From positions 3,665,378-3,709,919 of the forward strand of contig BFEA01000019.1 of NCBI GenBank assembly GCA_003427395.1: a stretch of DNA of 44,542 nucleotides, written 5' to 3'. This DNA is from Chara braunii. Its lineage: Eukaryota > Plantae > Charophyceae. Position 1 is the stretch's first letter. Each line of letters starts with the position of its first letter. Below, in pieces: positions 42,486 through 44,542 of the stretch. The position numbers were made by a program, and so were the translations under genes. The notes below the pieces were generated by a model. The model had not been told where the DNA came from. It did no database searches and saw nothing but the letters and a program-made list of their open reading frames with translations.

Positions 42486-43360
42486 NNNNNNNNNNNNNNN
42501 NNNNNNNNNNNNNNNNNNNNNNNNNNNNNNNNNNNNNNNNNNNNNNNNNNNNNNNNNNNNNNNNNNNNNNNNNNNNNNNNNNNNNNNNNNNNNNNNNNNN
42601 NNNNNNNNNNNNNNNNNNNNNNNNNNNNNNNNNNNNNNNNNNNNNNNNNNNNNNNNNNNNNNNNNNNNNNNNNNNNNNNNNNNNNNNNNNNNNNNNNNNN
42701 NNNNNNNNNNNNNNNNNNNNNNNNNNNNNNNNNNNNNNNNNNNNNNNNNNNNNNNNNNNNNNNNNNNNNNNNNNNNNNNNNNNNNNNNNNNNNNNNNNNN
42801 NNNNNNNNNNNNNNNNNNNNNNNNNNNNNNNNNNNNNNNNNNNNNNNNNNNNNNNNNNNNNNNNNNNNNNNNNNNNNNNNNNNNNNNNNNNNNNNNNNNN
42901 NNNNNNNNNNNNNNNNNNNNNNNNNNNNNNNNNNNNNNNNNNNNNNNNNNNNNNNNNNNNNNNNNNNNNNNNNNNNNNNNNNNNNNNNNNNNNNNNNNNN
43001 NNNNNNNNNNNNNNNNNNNNNNNNNNNNNNNNNNNNNNNNNNNNNNNNNNNNNNNNNNNNNNNNNNNNNNNNNNNNNNNNNNNNNNNNNNNNNNNNNNNN
43101 NNNNNNNNNNNNNNNNNNNNNNNNNNNNNNNNNNNNNNNNNNNNNNNNNNNNNNNNNNNNNNNNNNNNNNNNNNNNNNNNNNNNNNNNNNNNNNNNNNNN
43201 NNNNNNNNNNNNNNNNNNNNNNNNNNNNNNNNNNNNNNNNNNNNNNNNNNNNNNNNNNNNNNNNNNNNNNNNNNNNNNNNNNNNNNNNNNNNNNNNNNNN
43301 NNNNNNNNNNNNNNNNNNNNNNNNNNNNNNNNNNNNNNNNNNNNNNNNNNNNNNNNNNNA
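42486..43360. other. Assembly gap (875 N)
   Basis: Run of n characters. Confidence 1.
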
Positions 43361-44328
43361 AACTCCACTCTCGTCGTTTCTCTGTTCCCCGGTTCGACTC
43401 ATGTACACCAAATCATTCGGTTCAACAACTTCAATTTGATAATTTGGATTCGAGCTGTTCGAGATATGAGAAATCGGTGGTTCCTTTATGTTTTTCTATC
43501 TTATGGGAAATCGGTGGTTCCTTTATGTTTTTGTATCTTTATTTGTTCTTTTCCAAAAAGCAAATTCATGAAAAAGTGGGCCCAGGATGGTTCCTTTCAC
43601 ACCTCACCGGCAAGTGAGAAAGAAAGTACAACATACACCCAACGCACAAACCCCCTCCAATCTCATCTTTTGTTCTCTCATCACTTTGATTCATGTAAGT
43701 GCGCGTATTCCGCAGCTCCACCTGTCGCTAACATATAAATGTGTGGGTGAGTATGGGGATTTTGAGGACATACCAAGGTTGAGAGAGGTAGCAGCATATC
43801 GAACGTTGGGGGGAAAATGAAAAAAAAAAAAAAAAAAAAAAAAAAAAGACTCAAAGAGGTGGTTTTATTTTTGCTTCCCAAGGGCCGTGGGGAAGCGGTG
43901 GCAGGATGGTGCCGGCGAGGAGCAGCCAGCTGATACCAGTGCAGGTGGAGAGGATGGGGTGGATGCGGGCTGCAGATTATATGGCCTGGCTCCGCTACTC
44001 TTCACGTGCACAAAAGACAAAAAGTATGGCGGCGTATCTTCCCATGTTCTGGCATAATTCATATTCTCATTTTGCACATTCGGTCAGTAGTGTAGTTGAG
44101 CGAGGCCCATCATTTTGGGAAAAAGCAGGAATGACCAGCAGATCATTATTTAGTGTATGGTAACAGATTTGTGTGCATTGTGCAACGGATCTTTTCTCTC
44201 TGCATCTGGACTTGAAACTTTGGAAACCTTCAAAAGAATCCAAAAACAAATGCTATTAGTATCTAGGCATTAAGGGAACAAGTGGAACCCGCCACGGCTA
44301 CACCGTGGCGCACAGCAACACTCGCTGA

Positions 44329-44405
<77 letters not shown>

Positions 44406-44542
44406 TGGTCGAATTATGAACGTCACACACACACACATTCCATCGATAGGATGAGCAAAATGGGAATGAATCTTCTGCTGGAACGGGGAAATATACACCG
44501 CCACTTTTTGATTTGCTCGTTCTATCTATCCAAGTAGCGTGC

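Noticed and set aside
42299-43738. Long ORFs spanning the N-run
   Set aside because: Artefacts of the assembly gap.

Overview
Eukaryotic, repeat-rich genomic DNA with a plant-type U6 snRNA sequence, long homopolymers, microsatellites and an 875-N gap. It is probably from a streptophyte alga or early-diverging plant (Chara-like; this is inference). The two huge + strand ORFs (9823..25788 and 29200..38133) are best read as exons of ONE giant gene. The model is exon A (first in-frame ATG 9958..25698, GTAAGT donor), a 48-nt microexon (27092..27139) and exon C (29386..38133), joined by two phase-0 GT-AG introns. Splicing gives a ~8,178-aa protein and builds a tandem IQ calmodulin-binding module (KIKSAIRIQASWRRCM|ARRAYERQLYLIEKLQ|AVVRGYFVRKYSPRAVWFMGQIVRARAR) that neither ORF contains intact. 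The module resembles both the plant IQ67 (IQD) domain, including its intron position, and the CAMTA IQ region. It lies between ~5,200 aa of mostly disordered acidic/Pro-rich sequence and a ~2,900-aa part with a long E/R/Q/L helical rod (32-aa super-repeat) and a small Trp-rich C-terminal domain. The flanks and introns contain a full-length U6 retrocopy with A-tail and 17-bp TSD, a second deleted U6 fragment, two MITE families, a SINE-like family, a fold-back element, a probable solo LTR and many simple repeats.
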